Assembly (NCBI GenBank): GCA_964427915.1
Contig: CAYRWA010000058.1
Location: forward strand, 40,199-104,198
Reading direction: 5' to 3'
DNA length: 64,000 nt
Source of the DNA: an uncultured Caldisericota bacterium
Lineage (GTDB): Bacteria > Caldisericota > Caldisericia > UBA6126
The notes under the pieces were generated by a model that saw only the letters and a program-made list of their open reading frames with translations, searched no databases and was not told the origin of the DNA. A program made the translations under genes and the position numbers. Shown here piece by piece: positions 1 to 10,535 of the stretch. Position 1 is the stretch's first letter, and every line of letters starts with the position of its first letter.

Positions 1-2596
1 GTAACCGTAAAATAATAGCGCCCGTTTGGTAAAAACGGTTGTCGATAGGGGTCATAGCCATCCCAAAAATAATCATAGCGACCAACAGGAACTGAATCCC
101 CATAGAAAATGGAGTCTATCTTATTTCCATATTCGTCATGAATCGTAAGGAACACTTGATCGGCGTAGTTTCGAACTCGATCAACCGATCGGAGTACTGA
201 CCCATCTTCTTTTATGTAAGTAGAACGTGTAATAGTTCCTGAATTCAACTGAAAAGAAAGAAACCCAAAGTTTTCTTTATCCATGTGAAGAGTTTTCAAG
301 GATAATGAAACATCTGATATCGGTGGCTGTATAATGGTGGTACTTTTGGAAGACACAACAAAAGGGATATGCAATGAGAGATCAAGATTTGGCATATCCT
401 CACTAGGCATAATACGAATCCAAACAACTCCTTCAACTGCTAGTGGAAGTTCTGTTTCTGTAGGATATAACCAACACTTTACAGTTTCTGTAGAGTGTGG
501 AGAAAGGGTTACAAAAGGTTTATCAAAAACACCAATATACGATTCTGCATAGTTATGATTGGATAGTATTTCGGTAGTTAATGTTCCGGAAACAAAATGA
601 TCAGACACGTTTTTTAATTGAATCTCGATAGGGTTTTCTAGTTCTTCAGAACCCACCATAATCGAATGGGGCGTAGCAAGAAGTGGACTTGTTATAGCGG
701 CTTCAAGGTTCACTTGACCAGATCCCTGATAGAAGAATGAAAAGAAGCTCCCTGTTAAAGGATTTTGTAAAAGCGTTGAAGTGTTCATCATTAAGGCAGT
801 AATTTCATCAATGCTTAAAAAGGGATAAATGTGCCGAAGAATAGCAGCACAACCTGAAATAACCGGAGTAGCCATGGATGTACCCTGTTTTTTCCCCCAT
901 TGGGGTGGTGTTTCCTTCGTATCCAATGTTGGAATGGAAGAATAAATGGAAGTACCAGGAGCTGTAATTTCAGGTTTGAAAAAACCATCATCAACTGAAA
1001 AACATGGTCCTGCTGATGTATAAGAGGCGATCATCGACTGGGTTTCTTGATACGAAACATAGCCTATTCCATCCACTACATCTTGCAATTGCTTTTGCAA
1101 TGTAGCACTTACCATCATGCAAGGGATAAAGTTATGCTTATAGGGGTCAGCAATGCCTTCTAATGTAAGAGAAGGACTAAAGCTTCTTTCGTCATAATTG
1201 AAAATGATACAAGCCAAAGCTCCGGCTTCTTTAGCATTAATGTTTTTTTCAAAAAAAGTAATTCCCTTGTCTTTTGGACCTCGTTGAATAAGAGCAATTT
1301 TACCATTCAGATCGGATTGATTGCATTCCTCTTCAGAACCAAATCCGCAGTATACAATATCTAGCCCATCAAGTTCCGAAGTAAAGGGAGGAGAAAACCG
1401 TGAATTTTGACCCAAAAAAGTTCTTTGACTGACCGGCGTATGAATTGTAAATGGTTGCATTAGTCGATCATCAGATGCTGCTACTTGCAGTACCGAATCA
1501 AAAACACCAGGAGCATCGATGGGCCATTGATTGTATTCTGTTCTACTCCCCCCATTTCCTGCAGCCGCCACTATCATGACTCCACTAGCCTTTGTCATTT
1601 GGAAGGCTTCAAAATAAGGGTTGTCTTCCACTATGGAAGGGTTTTCCCCAGGATGTCCTAAGGATAAATTGATCACAGAACATTGATCTTGAACTGCATA
1701 TTCGCATGCCGTAATAAGAGTATAAGAGGGAGCACCACCGCTTTTATTGGAGGGAAACACTTTGTATGCGTATAAAGTAGCATCAGGACAAATACCATGA
1801 AGAGACAGAGACGAAGGATTGTTACCACCAGCAATTCCTGCCACATGGGTACCGTGGCCACCAGTAAAAGTAGAATCATCGATTGGATCGGGATCACCTG
1901 GTTTTTCTTTTCCTTGATCTTCTTCCGGATAATAACAATCCCACCCTCCTGCAATCTTCGATGAATCTTGGGCAAAGCCAGGTGGGTAAAAATCAGGATG
2001 GTTATAGTCTATTCCTGAGTCCACAATACCAATGCGGATATCGGGATTTGGTTCAACAATCACTTTATTGTAGTGTTCTAATAATGGGACATCGTTTCGT
2101 AGTATTGTATCTATTGTTACATCTCGCAATGGGTAAAATAGTTTGTTGTCACGATATATTGTTATAACACTTGGGTTTTTTGCGAGATATGGTAAAGCAT
2201 ACTCTGGAAGAGATAACGCAAATCCATTGTAAACAATTTGCCATTGTCCTAGAACTTGTATTCTATCATTTAAAGGTAACGTATCTAGTATTTCTTGTTG
2301 TTTGCTTTGCAACCATTCCTTGTAGGACTTTTCGCCATGAATAATACTGGAGCTACTTATAGGTAATCCTTGATTACGACTATTTTTTTCAACGATGGAG
2401 GGTTGCTTGCACTTCACAATGACACGAACAAGTTTAGAGCTAGAAAAGAAAGGACGGGATTCGAAGGAGAAATTTTGATACTTACTTGTGGCTGGAGTAG
2501 TATTTTTATCACTGAATCCATATGTATAAGAGGGAACAAGAAAAAGGCACACCAAGAGAACCCAAGCTACAAATTTAAATAGATAAGTTTTCATCA
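1..2596 (-). CDS. Subtilisin-family (S8) serine peptidase, secreted; the C-terminal part runs off the left edge of the window
   Basis: Own minus-strand translation. It is absent from the ORF track because no stop lies inside the window. Start ATGATG at 2596/2593 is preceded by GAGGTG. Signal peptide MMKTYLFKFVAWVLLVCLFLVPSYTYG. Triad motifs IVDSGIDYNHPDF (Asp), HGTHVAGIAGG (His), GTSMATPVISG (Ser). PA-like insert (GKIALIQRGPKDKG) and an Ig-like C-terminal region. Confidence 0.85.
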
Positions 2597-2632
2597 TTCA
2601 CCTCAATCGGTTTATTTTTATTTAATTCAATA

Positions 2633-2638
2633 TACAAT
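2633..2638 (+). promoter_or_regulatory. -10 box TACAAT only 6 nt upstream of the NUDIX ATG with no SD; possible leaderless transcript
   Basis: The sequence tatacaatatattcATG has no purine-rich RBS, and only a 48-bp divergent gap separates it from the subtilase start. Confidence 0.3.
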
Positions 2639-2644
2639 ATATTC

Positions 2645-3067
2645 ATGAGATTTGAAAAATCTTGTGGAACAATTATTTATAGATATGAACAAAATCGAGT
2701 ATTATACTTGCTTGTACGATACCGTTTGTATTCTCGCTATTGGGGCCTTATTAAAGGACATGTTGAAGATCAAGAGAGTGAAATTCAAACAGCAATGCGT
2801 GAAGTCTACGAAGAAGTTGGTTTTCAAGATGTTCAATTGATTCCCGGTTTTCGAGAAACAATAAGTTACTGTCCTTTTCCTGATTGCGTAAAAGATGTTG
2901 TTTTTTTCCTTGGTACTACAGAAGAAAAGAATATCAGTTTTATTACGAATGAACATGATGATTTTATGTGGTTGTCAGAAAAAGAGGCTCGAAATCATTT
3001 GAAACATGGTAATGATCGATTTGTTGTTCATCGAGCCGAGTTGTTTTTGCAAAATGTAGTGCAATGA
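2645..3067 (+). CDS. NUDIX hydrolase
   Basis: Nudix box GHVEDQESEIQTAMREVYEEVG (GX5EX7REUXEEXGU). Confidence 0.85.
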   Translation: MRFEKSCGTIIYRYEQNRVLYLLVRYRLYSRYWGLIKGHVEDQESEIQTAMREVYEEVGFQDVQLIPGFRETISYCPFPDCVKDVVFFLGTTEEKNISFITNEHDDFMWLSEKEARNHLKHGNDRFVVHRAELFLQNVVQ

Positions 3068-3079
3068 TTGGAGGATTTT

Positions 3080-3472
3080 ATGGCTACTAAAGACAGTGTT
3101 TATGAATGTGAAGTATGTGGCAATGTTGTAGAAACACTTCGAGGAGGAGTTGCTCCCTTGATTTGTTGCGGCAAACCAATGGTTGAACGAATTCCACAAA
3201 CAGAAGACAAGGGCAACGAAAAACACAAACCCGTTGTTGAAAAACACGCTGACAAAATTGTTGTAAAGATCGGTGAAGTTCCCCATCCAATGGAAGAGAA
3301 GCATCACATTGAATGGATCGAGTTCCGCAAAAAGGATGATTTTGTGATTCGCAAAGAAGTTGTCGGTCAAGAACTTGCTGAAGTCACTTTTGACATCCCA
3401 CCACAAGAAGGTACAGTATATGCTTTTTGTAATATTCATGGATTGTGGAAAACAGATCTAAAAGCATCCTAA
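3080..3472 (+). CDS. dfx: Desulfoferrodoxin (2Fe superoxide reductase)
   Basis: N-terminal desulforedoxin CEVCGN...CCGKPM; C-terminal SOR centre with HH...CNIHGLW. GGAGG lies 5 nt upstream of the ATG at 3080; the track ORF starts at an upstream TTG. Confidence 0.85.
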   Translation: MATKDSVYECEVCGNVVETLRGGVAPLICCGKPMVERIPQTEDKGNEKHKPVVEKHADKIVVKIGEVPHPMEEKHHIEWIEFRKKDDFVIRKEVVGQELAEVTFDIPPQEGTVYAFCNIHGLWKTDLKAS

Positions 3473-3506
3473 AAGTCCGTTACCCTATAACCGAAAGGAG
3501 AACAAT

Positions 3507-4013
3507 ATGAACAAAAAAGTTGAAAATGCTCTTAATCAACAAATTAATGAAGAACTCTATTCTGCCTATTTGTATCAAGCTATTCGAGCATATTTCGAAA
3601 GCATTGGCCTTGCTGGCTTTTCCAATTGGATGAAAGTGCAAGCAGAAGAAGAAATGTTTCATGCAGAAAAGTTTTTTACTCATCTTACCCAGAGGGGAGG
3701 AAGAGTTCGATTTACCACCATAAAAGAACCTACTTTTGAGTGGAAATCGCCATTAGATGCATTTAAAGCATCTCTTGAACATGAAAAACACATTACTTCC
3801 TGTATACATGATTTAGTTGCCCTTACCCAAGAGGAGAAAGATTACTCCAGCAGGACTTTGCTAAATTGGTTTGTAGACGAACAAGTGGAAGAAGAAGATA
3901 ATGTTGGAAAAATTGTACAAGAACTTGAAATGGTTTCTGGCGATGGTAAAGGATTACTTATGCTTGATAGAGAGCTTAGCAATCGTACCTTTACCCCTCC
4001 TACTGAAGAATAG
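3507..4013 (+). CDS. Non-heme ferritin
   Basis: Ferroxidase-centre residues (EELYSAYLYQA, EEEMFHAEKF, EHEKHIT). AAAGGAG RBS. Confidence 0.85.
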   Translation: MNKKVENALNQQINEELYSAYLYQAIRAYFESIGLAGFSNWMKVQAEEEMFHAEKFFTHLTQRGGRVRFTTIKEPTFEWKSPLDAFKASLEHEKHITSCIHDLVALTQEEKDYSSRTLLNWFVDEQVEEEDNVGKIVQELEMVSGDGKGLLMLDRELSNRTFTPPTEE

Positions 4014-4038
4014 AAGTAGTTGTCTTGGTTGCATATTC

Positions 4039-5754
4039 ATGATATTCAATAAAAAAAGAAAAAGTTTTGTTTCCATCTTGTGTATAGGATTATTGGTTTT
4101 TTCATTTTGCATGGTTTCTTGTAGCAAAGATGTTGTTAAACAAGATCCCCCTCCGAATGGTACACATTTACCCACAGAATCCAATGCCAACAAAGAGAAA
4201 AATTCCCCCTCTGATAATGCCCAAGAGAAACCGAGTGAAAAGGATTCAGAAGCAGAACAGAACAACGATGACATACTAGAAAAAGATCATCTTTCTCCTC
4301 TTCAAGGTCCTGCTTTGCAGCGCAAACCTCTTCATCGTTATCCATCAACAATGGGGCCACCATCACATGGTAGTATGTGGAATGATAATGAAATCTTTGT
4401 AAGTACAGGAGAAGCTGGTTTTACAAGAATTGCGTTATCAAATCAGGAAATGGTTGAGACAGAATCCTATTTTTATAACAGAGCTTTTTTACAAGCTTCC
4501 ACTGATTATTTTCTTTGCCGCGACAAATCTCATTTGTTCTGTATGTCAAAGCGAGATTCCCGGGAAATCTGGAAACAGGAGATTTCTCCAAGTGGAAATG
4601 ATTACTATTTTGCTGTTAACGAGGACATTGTTGTTCGTATGCTTTTTGATAGCTCTCTCCAGCAAGCTACAGTCAAGGGTATTCAGGCTACCACTGGAAA
4701 AGCTCTGTGGACAATGATTCTCGAAGATAAATCCCATTCATTTTTAGGATTTTCACCTTCGATTCTACTCTTTACAGAAGGATCTTCTTTGGTTGGGATA
4801 CACCCCTCAACGGGAGAAAAGTCATGGCAACACAATGCAATTCTGCAGCTTTCTGATGAACCCTACCAGCAAGAATACTATCGAAATTTCCGCATTTTAT
4901 CTGATTATAGCATTTTTATCCCTATCCAAGAAAACGGTGAACCCTTTGCATACCGCATTGAACCACAAACCGGGGAAATCCTTGCTGAATATCGGTATGA
5001 ATCACCGCAAGAAGTTCGTTTTCAGAGCTCTTACATAGAACAGTCCTCTTCCATTTTGTGCAGTTATAGAAAAGCATCGCAGTATTTCTTTATAGCATTT
5101 GATAAAGATCATGGAAATGTTTTATGGCAAACACCTTTCCATCAAGTTCTCGGTGATTTTTCTAAACAGCATGGTGTGGAATGTGAATACACAATTCTCG
5201 AAAGCTTACATCAAAGAGTTCTAGTTGAGATCTCTTTCTCAACTATTGTTTGTCTAAACACTGAAACAGGTGAAATTCTTTGGAGTCATCAATCGGAGTT
5301 TTCACAACTTAAAGCTGTTTGGAAAGATGCTATATATACCCGTCTCATTGAATCGCAAGACCAAAAAATCCGCATTGAATTTGTTTCCATTGAAACTGGC
5401 TCTCTACTGAAAGATGTTGCAATCCCCTCTACATTCCAAATACCAAATGCTGCAATTTCATGTATATACACTACAGATCAAAACATCCTTATTAGAATGA
5501 ATATTGAAGATAGTCCCTACTGGTTGTTTTTTAAACCAGATGGTACTTCCATTGACTATGGTGGATACCTTCCCGAATCAGAAGAGACCCTTCCCACAAA
5601 CCTTGTGTTTTTTGTTACATCAAAACATAACCAGATGTTGTTTCTGGTCTCTGGTGAAAATGGTTATGAATTAGAAATTTTTACAATACCCGATTATGCA
5701 TATCGCATTAACGGAGATCCAAGGCAGGCAAACTATGAATCTCCGTTGCTATAA
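4039..5754 (+). CDS. Lipoprotein with PQQ-like beta-propeller repeats
   Basis: Start moved to ATG 4039 (MIFNKKRK...), which is in frame with track ORF 3901. Lipobox FCMVSC. Repeated G..LW / ILW motifs (ALWTMIL, ILWSHQ, VLWQTP) are typical of a PQQ/BamB-like propeller. Confidence 0.6.
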   Translation: MIFNKKRKSFVSILCIGLLVFSFCMVSCSKDVVKQDPPPNGTHLPTESNANKEKNSPSDNAQEKPSEKDSEAEQNNDDILEKDHLSPLQGPALQRKPLHRYPSTMGPPSHGSMWNDNEIFVSTGEAGFTRIALSNQEMVETESYFYNRAFLQASTDYFLCRDKSHLFCMSKRDSREIWKQEISPSGNDYYFAVNEDIVVRMLFDSSLQQATVKGIQATTGKALWTMILEDKSHSFLGFSPSILLFTEGSSLVGIHPSTGEKSWQHNAILQLSDEPYQQEYYRNFRILSDYSIFIPIQENGEPFAYRIEPQTGEILAEYRYESPQEVRFQSSYIEQSSSILCSYRKASQYFFIAFDKDHGNVLWQTPFHQVLGDFSKQHGVECEYTILESLHQRVLVEISFSTIVCLNTETGEILWSHQSEFSQLKAVWKDAIYTRLIESQDQKIRIEFVSIETGSLLKDVAIPSTFQIPNAAISCIYTTDQNILIRMNIEDSPYWLFFKPDGTSIDYGGYLPESEETLPTNLVFFVTSKHNQMLFLVSGENGYELEIFTIPDYAYRINGDPRQANYESPLL

Positions 5755-5817
5755 ATATGCGAAACAGGAAAAAAGTTCATTTTTTTTCTGTTTTTATTTC
5801 TTTTTTAGCAAATTTAA

Positions 5818-5848
5818 TTACAATAATTAAAAATAAAACTCATATAAT
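5818..5848 (+). promoter_or_regulatory. Putative sigma-70-like promoter (TTACAA, about 19 nt, TATAAT) in a 110-bp AT-rich gap; AAGGAG RBS at 5853-5858
   Basis: Read directly from the sequence. Confidence 0.4.
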
Positions 5849-5865
5849 GAACAAGGAGTAACATC

Positions 5866-7218
5866 ATGATCCACAAAAAAGAGTTTGACTATTTACAGAA
5901 AGTATACGAAGAACAAAATTTTAGAATGATTTTGTTACACGGTACGGCTGGTGGAGGAAAAACGTATTTGGTGAGAAATTTCTTGAAAGACAAGAAAGGT
6001 TTCTATTTCAAATGTCTATCTCAACACCCACCTGTACAAATACGCCGTTTTATCCGTGTTGTTAGAAGACAATTCCCCGATTTTGAATCAGACATTACTT
6101 GGAAAGACTTCTTATCAAACCTTTATTCTTTAGCAAAAAAAGAAAACTTCATCGTTGTTTGGGATGATTTCCACTTTTTATACAAAATCACTCAGGATAT
6201 TTTAACCTTGGTAGAAAAACACTCTGTTAATTCTCCATTTACTATTTTCATTACTTCTTCTTTCCCTCAAGCTAATTTTATTAGCTTCCGATTTTCCACC
6301 TTTTCAAAAGATCGCTTCCACGAGATTGAACTAAAACCCTTATCATTCCGAGAATTTCGTGACTACTATAAAGATATGGAACCCATACGACAAATTGAAT
6401 TGTATGGAATTACTGGCGGTGTTTCCCGTTATATGGAATGGATCGATCCAAAACTTGACTTATTCGACAACGTGAAGCAGAATTTTATCTCGCCCGAACG
6501 AATTCCTTTTTATGACCCAACCTCCGTATTACGTTACGAATTTCATGAACCTTCCACATATTATTCTGTTTTGCAAGTGCTAGCATATCATGAGTTAAAG
6601 ATTGGTGATCTTTCTCATCAGTTAAATCTGCAAACCCATAATTTAACATCTTTTGTGGATCGGCTTCGAGAAATGAAACTAATAGGCCGTGTAGTACCCG
6701 GAAATAGTACAAATCCGAAAGTAACTCGAAAAAGTAAATACATGATCAGTGATATGTTCTTGTATTTCTGGTTCCGTTATGTATATTTTGATCCAGAAGC
6801 TCTCCACATGTTAGATCCTGATATCATTGTTGAACACTTACGGGATGACTACAACAACTTCCTTGATCATGTTGTTGTAGAGATCAGCAAACAATGGTTA
6901 TCCAATCTAGAAGAACCATTTACTCCCGTTTTAACCTCCCCGTGGTGGGATTATGAAGCACATAATGTTGACATTATGAGTACCGATTATCGCCGTGCAA
7001 TATTCGGTGACATTTTTATTGACGAAACACTCTATACAAAACAAATGTACAGATCATTTGTTGAAAGCACCCAAGTGGTTCCTTTTAAAACAAGAATTCG
7101 TCAAAAGCATTATTACTTCATAAGCAAAAAAGGGTTTACACAAGACCTTCGTAAAGTAGTGGGAAATAGAAAAAATGTGAAATTAATTACCTTAGAAGAG
7201 TTAGTTGAACTTATCTAA
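5866..7218 (+). CDS. AAA+ ATPase of the archaeal-ATPase/DUF234 family (COG1672)
   Basis: Walker A LLHGTAGGGKTYL and Walker B IVVWDDFHF, plus a long C-terminal alpha/winged-helix region typical of DUF234 ATPases. Confidence 0.75.
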   Translation: MIHKKEFDYLQKVYEEQNFRMILLHGTAGGGKTYLVRNFLKDKKGFYFKCLSQHPPVQIRRFIRVVRRQFPDFESDITWKDFLSNLYSLAKKENFIVVWDDFHFLYKITQDILTLVEKHSVNSPFTIFITSSFPQANFISFRFSTFSKDRFHEIELKPLSFREFRDYYKDMEPIRQIELYGITGGVSRYMEWIDPKLDLFDNVKQNFISPERIPFYDPTSVLRYEFHEPSTYYSVLQVLAYHELKIGDLSHQLNLQTHNLTSFVDRLREMKLIGRVVPGNSTNPKVTRKSKYMISDMFLYFWFRYVYFDPEALHMLDPDIIVEHLRDDYNNFLDHVVVEISKQWLSNLEEPFTPVLTSPWWDYEAHNVDIMSTDYRRAIFGDIFIDETLYTKQMYRSFVESTQVVPFKTRIRQKHYYFISKKGFTQDLRKVVGNRKNVKLITLEELVELI

Positions 7219-7227
7219 ATAAGAAAA

Positions 7228-7267
7228 AAAGCCCCTTCTTTGTATACAAAAGAAGGGGCTTTTTTTG
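7228..7267 (+). terminator. Rho-independent terminator
   Basis: AAAGCCCCTTCTTT-gtatacaa-AAGAAGGGGCTTTTTTT. Confidence 0.85.
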
Positions 7268-7305
7268 TGGATTTGTTCAGTTCAAAAGGCACCTTATAGG
7301 GTATA

Positions 7306-7980
7306 GTGGGGAAATCGATGAAGAAAAAAAGACTCAAAGATGATTCTGTTATTGGTTTGTTTGACACTCCATCGTATGCAATTTTTGATTTTGAAACAAC
7401 CGGTCTTCGTCCTCCATGCGATAAACCAGTACAGTTAGCCTATATTCTCTTGGACCGTAAATGGAGAATTCTCAATGCAAAAAATTTCTATTTTGAAGTT
7501 CAGGAAGAGATTCCTTTATCGGCAACAAAAGTCCATGGCTTAACAAAAGCTAAGCTTGCTCAGCTCGGAGCGAAACCATATACTACATATTCTAATGAAA
7601 TCAAGTACGACTTTTTTACTAAAGGCTTATTATCTATTGCCCACAATGTAAATTTTGATATGCAGTTTTTGCGACACTTCTTTTTAGAAAATACAACTAT
7701 TCCCACCTGGTGTACAATGAAGTACTATACAAGTATTGTAAAGTTACCAGGCTTATACAATGAGTACAAGTGGCCAAAAGTATCAGAGACTTTACTTCAT
7801 TTGAACATTCAAGAGGAAGATGCATTGCAAACCTGTAAGGAATTCTATCAAAGCAGTGATATAGGGTATCATGATGCAAGGTTTGACATCGTTTGTATTT
7901 ATAAAATGATTCAAAAGGATGTAGTGCTTCGAGAAAATATCCAAAATGTATCCCAAAAGATTCTCACGGAGAAGGTTTGA
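7306..7980 (+). CDS. Stand-alone DnaQ-like DEDDh 3'-5' exonuclease
   Basis: Exo I FDFETTGL, Exo II IAHNVNFDMQFL, Exo III GYHDARFD. The start may be the internal ATG at 7318. Confidence 0.8.
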   Translation: MGKSMKKKRLKDDSVIGLFDTPSYAIFDFETTGLRPPCDKPVQLAYILLDRKWRILNAKNFYFEVQEEIPLSATKVHGLTKAKLAQLGAKPYTTYSNEIKYDFFTKGLLSIAHNVNFDMQFLRHFFLENTTIPTWCTMKYYTSIVKLPGLYNEYKWPKVSETLLHLNIQEEDALQTCKEFYQSSDIGYHDARFDIVCIYKMIQKDVVLRENIQNVSQKILTEKV

Positions 7981-8063
7981 GAAAATTTATCAAGATAGTA
8001 TGTCCGTTATGGTCCCTTTACAGACATGCCACACAAATCATTTTTTTGGATAGATAGAGTTTT

Positions 8064-8606
8064 TTATCGTTCAACTTTTTTGGACAATTCGTATCCATAT
8101 TTTGCGGCTTTTGTATTTAATGTGAGTTTGTTGTCAGAAAAGAAATCCCCTATTGCCTGGTTGAAGGAAGACAGTTCAATAACCTTGGTAATACCAAGCA
8201 TGTAGCCTGTTGCCATCATGTTGGCAACAATACGAGTTCCAAACTCTTCTTCACATATTGCAGTAAATGGTTCTGTATGGGTAACTGCTTTGGAAATTGG
8301 ATCATAGTCAGGAATAAAGAAGCTATCTAAAATACGTACCCCATCTTCCTTAATAGATGTTCCAAACTTGGTGTAAGCTTCTTGGGTCATTAGAAGAAGA
8401 ATGTCAGGTACTTCGATTTCAGGAAAGAAGATTTCTCTGTCACTAATAATAACTTCGCTTTTTGTGGCACCACCACGAGCTTCTGCGCCATAAGATTGGG
8501 ATTGTAACGCAATTTTATTGTCTCTAAGGGCTGCTCGTGCAATAATCCGAGTCGCAGTAATTAATCCTTGACCCCCAGAACCTGAATATCGGATTTCTTT
8601 TCTCAT
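8064..8606 (-). CDS. 2-oxoacid:ferredoxin oxidoreductase, gamma subunit
   Basis: GSGGQGLITA...AEARGG motif; overlaps the beta subunit by 4 nt. Confidence 0.8.
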   Translation of the reverse strand: MRKEIRYSGSGGQGLITATRIIARAALRDNKIALQSQSYGAEARGGATKSEVIISDREIFFPEIEVPDILLLMTQEAYTKFGTSIKEDGVRILDSFFIPDYDPISKAVTHTEPFTAICEEEFGTRIVANMMATGYMLGITKVIELSSFNQAIGDFFSDNKLTLNTKAAKYGYELSKKVER

Positions 8607-9418
8607 GATTCTCTCACCTTTTTTAAGAGTTGTTCACGTTTTTCGATGTACGACATTTGTTGATTATCTTCAATAAATTCACCCATGGGCAAATACGACG
8701 TTTTTTCTTCTTCAGATAATGCATCGTATTTTGATTGTAAAAGCAACAGTTCTTTTTGTTGTAACATCATTTTATATGCATCAGGAGTGCCGTTTAGGCG
8801 ACCATAATAAACGGGGCACTGCGTGATAATCTCGATGAGTGAAAATCCTTTTCTTGCAAAACCTTTTGTCATATACTTCTTCATGTTTCGATAGAAATAA
8901 GTTCCTGTTCGTGCAACATACGTAGCACCAGCACCAATGCAAAGTTTAACAAGATCAAATTGATTTTCAAAGTTACCAAAGCGTGCTGTTGTTCCCTTTT
9001 TATTAGGAGCAGTTAAGGGAGATACCTGCCCTCCGGTCATACCATAAATGCTGTTGTTGAAGACTACAACAGTAATATCAATATTTCTCCTTGCGGCATG
9101 AATAAGGTGGTTACCGCCAATTGCACTTGCATCTCCGTCTCCGGTAAACACAATAATCTTCTTATCAGGTCTGGCAAGTTTTATTGCTGTGGCAAAGGGG
9201 ATAGCACGACCATGCAATGTATGGACTTGGTCAAACTGTGTATATGTTCCAGATCGTGAGGAGCATCCGATACCTGAAATGCAAACAACATCTTTTTTTG
9301 TACATCCCATTTCTTCTAGTGTTTCCATTGCTGCATGTAGTACAATGCCATTTCCGCAACCAGCACACCATATTGTAGGCAATCGATCGGGATTCAGAAA
9401 CTTTTCACCTTTAATCAT
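8603..9418 (-). CDS. 2-oxoacid:ferredoxin oxidoreductase, beta (TPP-binding) subunit
   Basis: CAGCGNG...GIGCSSRSG and TPP-binding GDGD. Confidence 0.8.
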   Translation of the reverse strand: MIKGEKFLNPDRLPTIWCAGCGNGIVLHAAMETLEEMGCTKKDVVCISGIGCSSRSGTYTQFDQVHTLHGRAIPFATAIKLARPDKKIIVFTGDGDASAIGGNHLIHAARRNIDITVVVFNNSIYGMTGGQVSPLTAPNKKGTTARFGNFENQFDLVKLCIGAGATYVARTGTYFYRNMKKYMTKGFARKGFSLIEIITQCPVYYGRLNGTPDAYKMMLQQKELLLLQSKYDALSEEEKTSYLPMGEFIEDNQQMSYIEKREQLLKKVRES

Positions 9419-10535
9419 GGAGTTCCTCGATTCTTCTTAGCATTTCTTTTGGTGGAATTAATTCTCCACCGATCTTTTCAATAAGATGTATTTTTTTGTT
9501 TGGCAGTATTCTTTGCATCTCGTAGAAATATTGACCAAGGTTTAGTTCGCTAACAATGATTCGCTTGGCATGTTTTGTAGCATCTTGTATTTTTTGAGGA
9601 TCGATAGGGAATAATGTTTTTGGGCGAACCAATCCAATTTCTTGATGGCCTGAATAGAGTAAGGACTTTATTGTGCGACTGGCAACTCCATATGAAATAA
9701 ATATCGTTTCTGCGTCAGGATTTAGTATCTCGACATCAAACAAATCAGAAGTATGTTTTTCAATTTTTCTGTGAATACGTCGAACAAGTCGATCAGCTAC
9801 TTCGTAATCGGCACTTTGAAAACCATTCTCCATATGAATAAGACCAGTTACGCTGGTTCCGTATCCATCGCCAATAGTGCCCATGACAGGGACATCATCC
9901 GAAAAATTGCCGTACGGTAAATATTTATCACCAGGCTTGAGTGTAGGAAGAAGCCGGTTTACTATTTCTACTTCTTGTTGGGAGTCAATTTCTACTTTTT
10001 CTCTCATATGAACAATGGTTTCGGTAGTAAGAATAACAACTGGATTGCGATATTTTTCAGCAATATTAAAAGCTTGAATTGTCATTTCGTAAAGTTCTTG
10101 CACAGAAGATGGGCTGAGCACAATTGCAGGATGATCACCATGGGTACCCCATCGTGATTGCATTACGTCCCCCTGGGATACTTTTGTGGGTAGCCCGGTA
10201 GAAGGTCCACCGCGTTGTACATTTACAACAACAATTGGTACTTCAGCAATCGTTGCATAACCCAGTCCTTCTTGCATTAAAGAAAAACCAGGACCCGAGG
10301 TGGCTGTCATGGATTTTTTTCCAGCTAGAGAAGCTCCAATGATAGCGGTGATACTGGCAATTTCATCTTCCATTTGGATAAAGATTTCTTCTTCTCTTGC
10401 AAGTTCGGTAGAGAAAAGCTCTGCAATTTCAGTAGACGGCGTAATGGGGTATCCTGCAAAAAAACCAATACCGGCCTTTATAGCACCTCTAACGCAAGCT
10501 TGAGCACCTTGTAAAATTTCCTTGTGTTTACTCAT
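9411..10535 (-). CDS. 2-oxoacid:ferredoxin oxidoreductase, alpha subunit
   Basis: KorA/PorA-like. Start set at MSKHK (10535), which has a GAGGT RBS; the track ORF extends to 10550. Confidence 0.8.
   Translation of the reverse strand: MSKHKEILQGAQACVRGAIKAGIGFFAGYPITPSTEIAELFSTELAREEEIFIQMEDEIASITAIIGASLAGKKSMTATSGPGFSLMQEGLGYATIAEVPIVVVNVQRGGPSTGLPTKVSQGDVMQSRWGTHGDHPAIVLSPSSVQELYEMTIQAFNIAEKYRNPVVILTTETIVHMREKVEIDSQQEVEIVNRLLPTLKPGDKYLPYGNFSDDVPVMGTIGDGYGTSVTGLIHMENGFQSADYEVADRLVRRIHRKIEKHTSDLFDVEILNPDAETIFISYGVASRTIKSLLYSGHQEIGLVRPKTLFPIDPQKIQDATKHAKRIIVSELNLGQYFYEMQRILPNKKIHLIEKIGGELIPPKEMLRRIEELHD

Noticed and set aside
1673-2167. Track ORFs 1673..1975(-) and 1883..2167(+)
   Set aside because: They are out of frame or antisense relative to the clearly conserved subtilase reading frame that spans the whole region, so they are shadow ORFs.
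3901-4038. N-terminal 46 codons of track ORF 3901..5754, overlapping the ferritin 3' end
   Set aside because: The in-frame ATG at 4039 begins a canonical lipoprotein signal (KKRK, hydrophobic core, lipobox), and the upstream part overlaps a conserved ferritin C-terminus.
7981-8063. Possible tRNA or structured RNA in the convergent gap between the exonuclease and the OFOR gamma subunit
   Set aside because: There is only a weak 5-bp stem (ATGTC...GACAT) with T-runs, consistent with a bidirectional terminator region and not an RNA gene.
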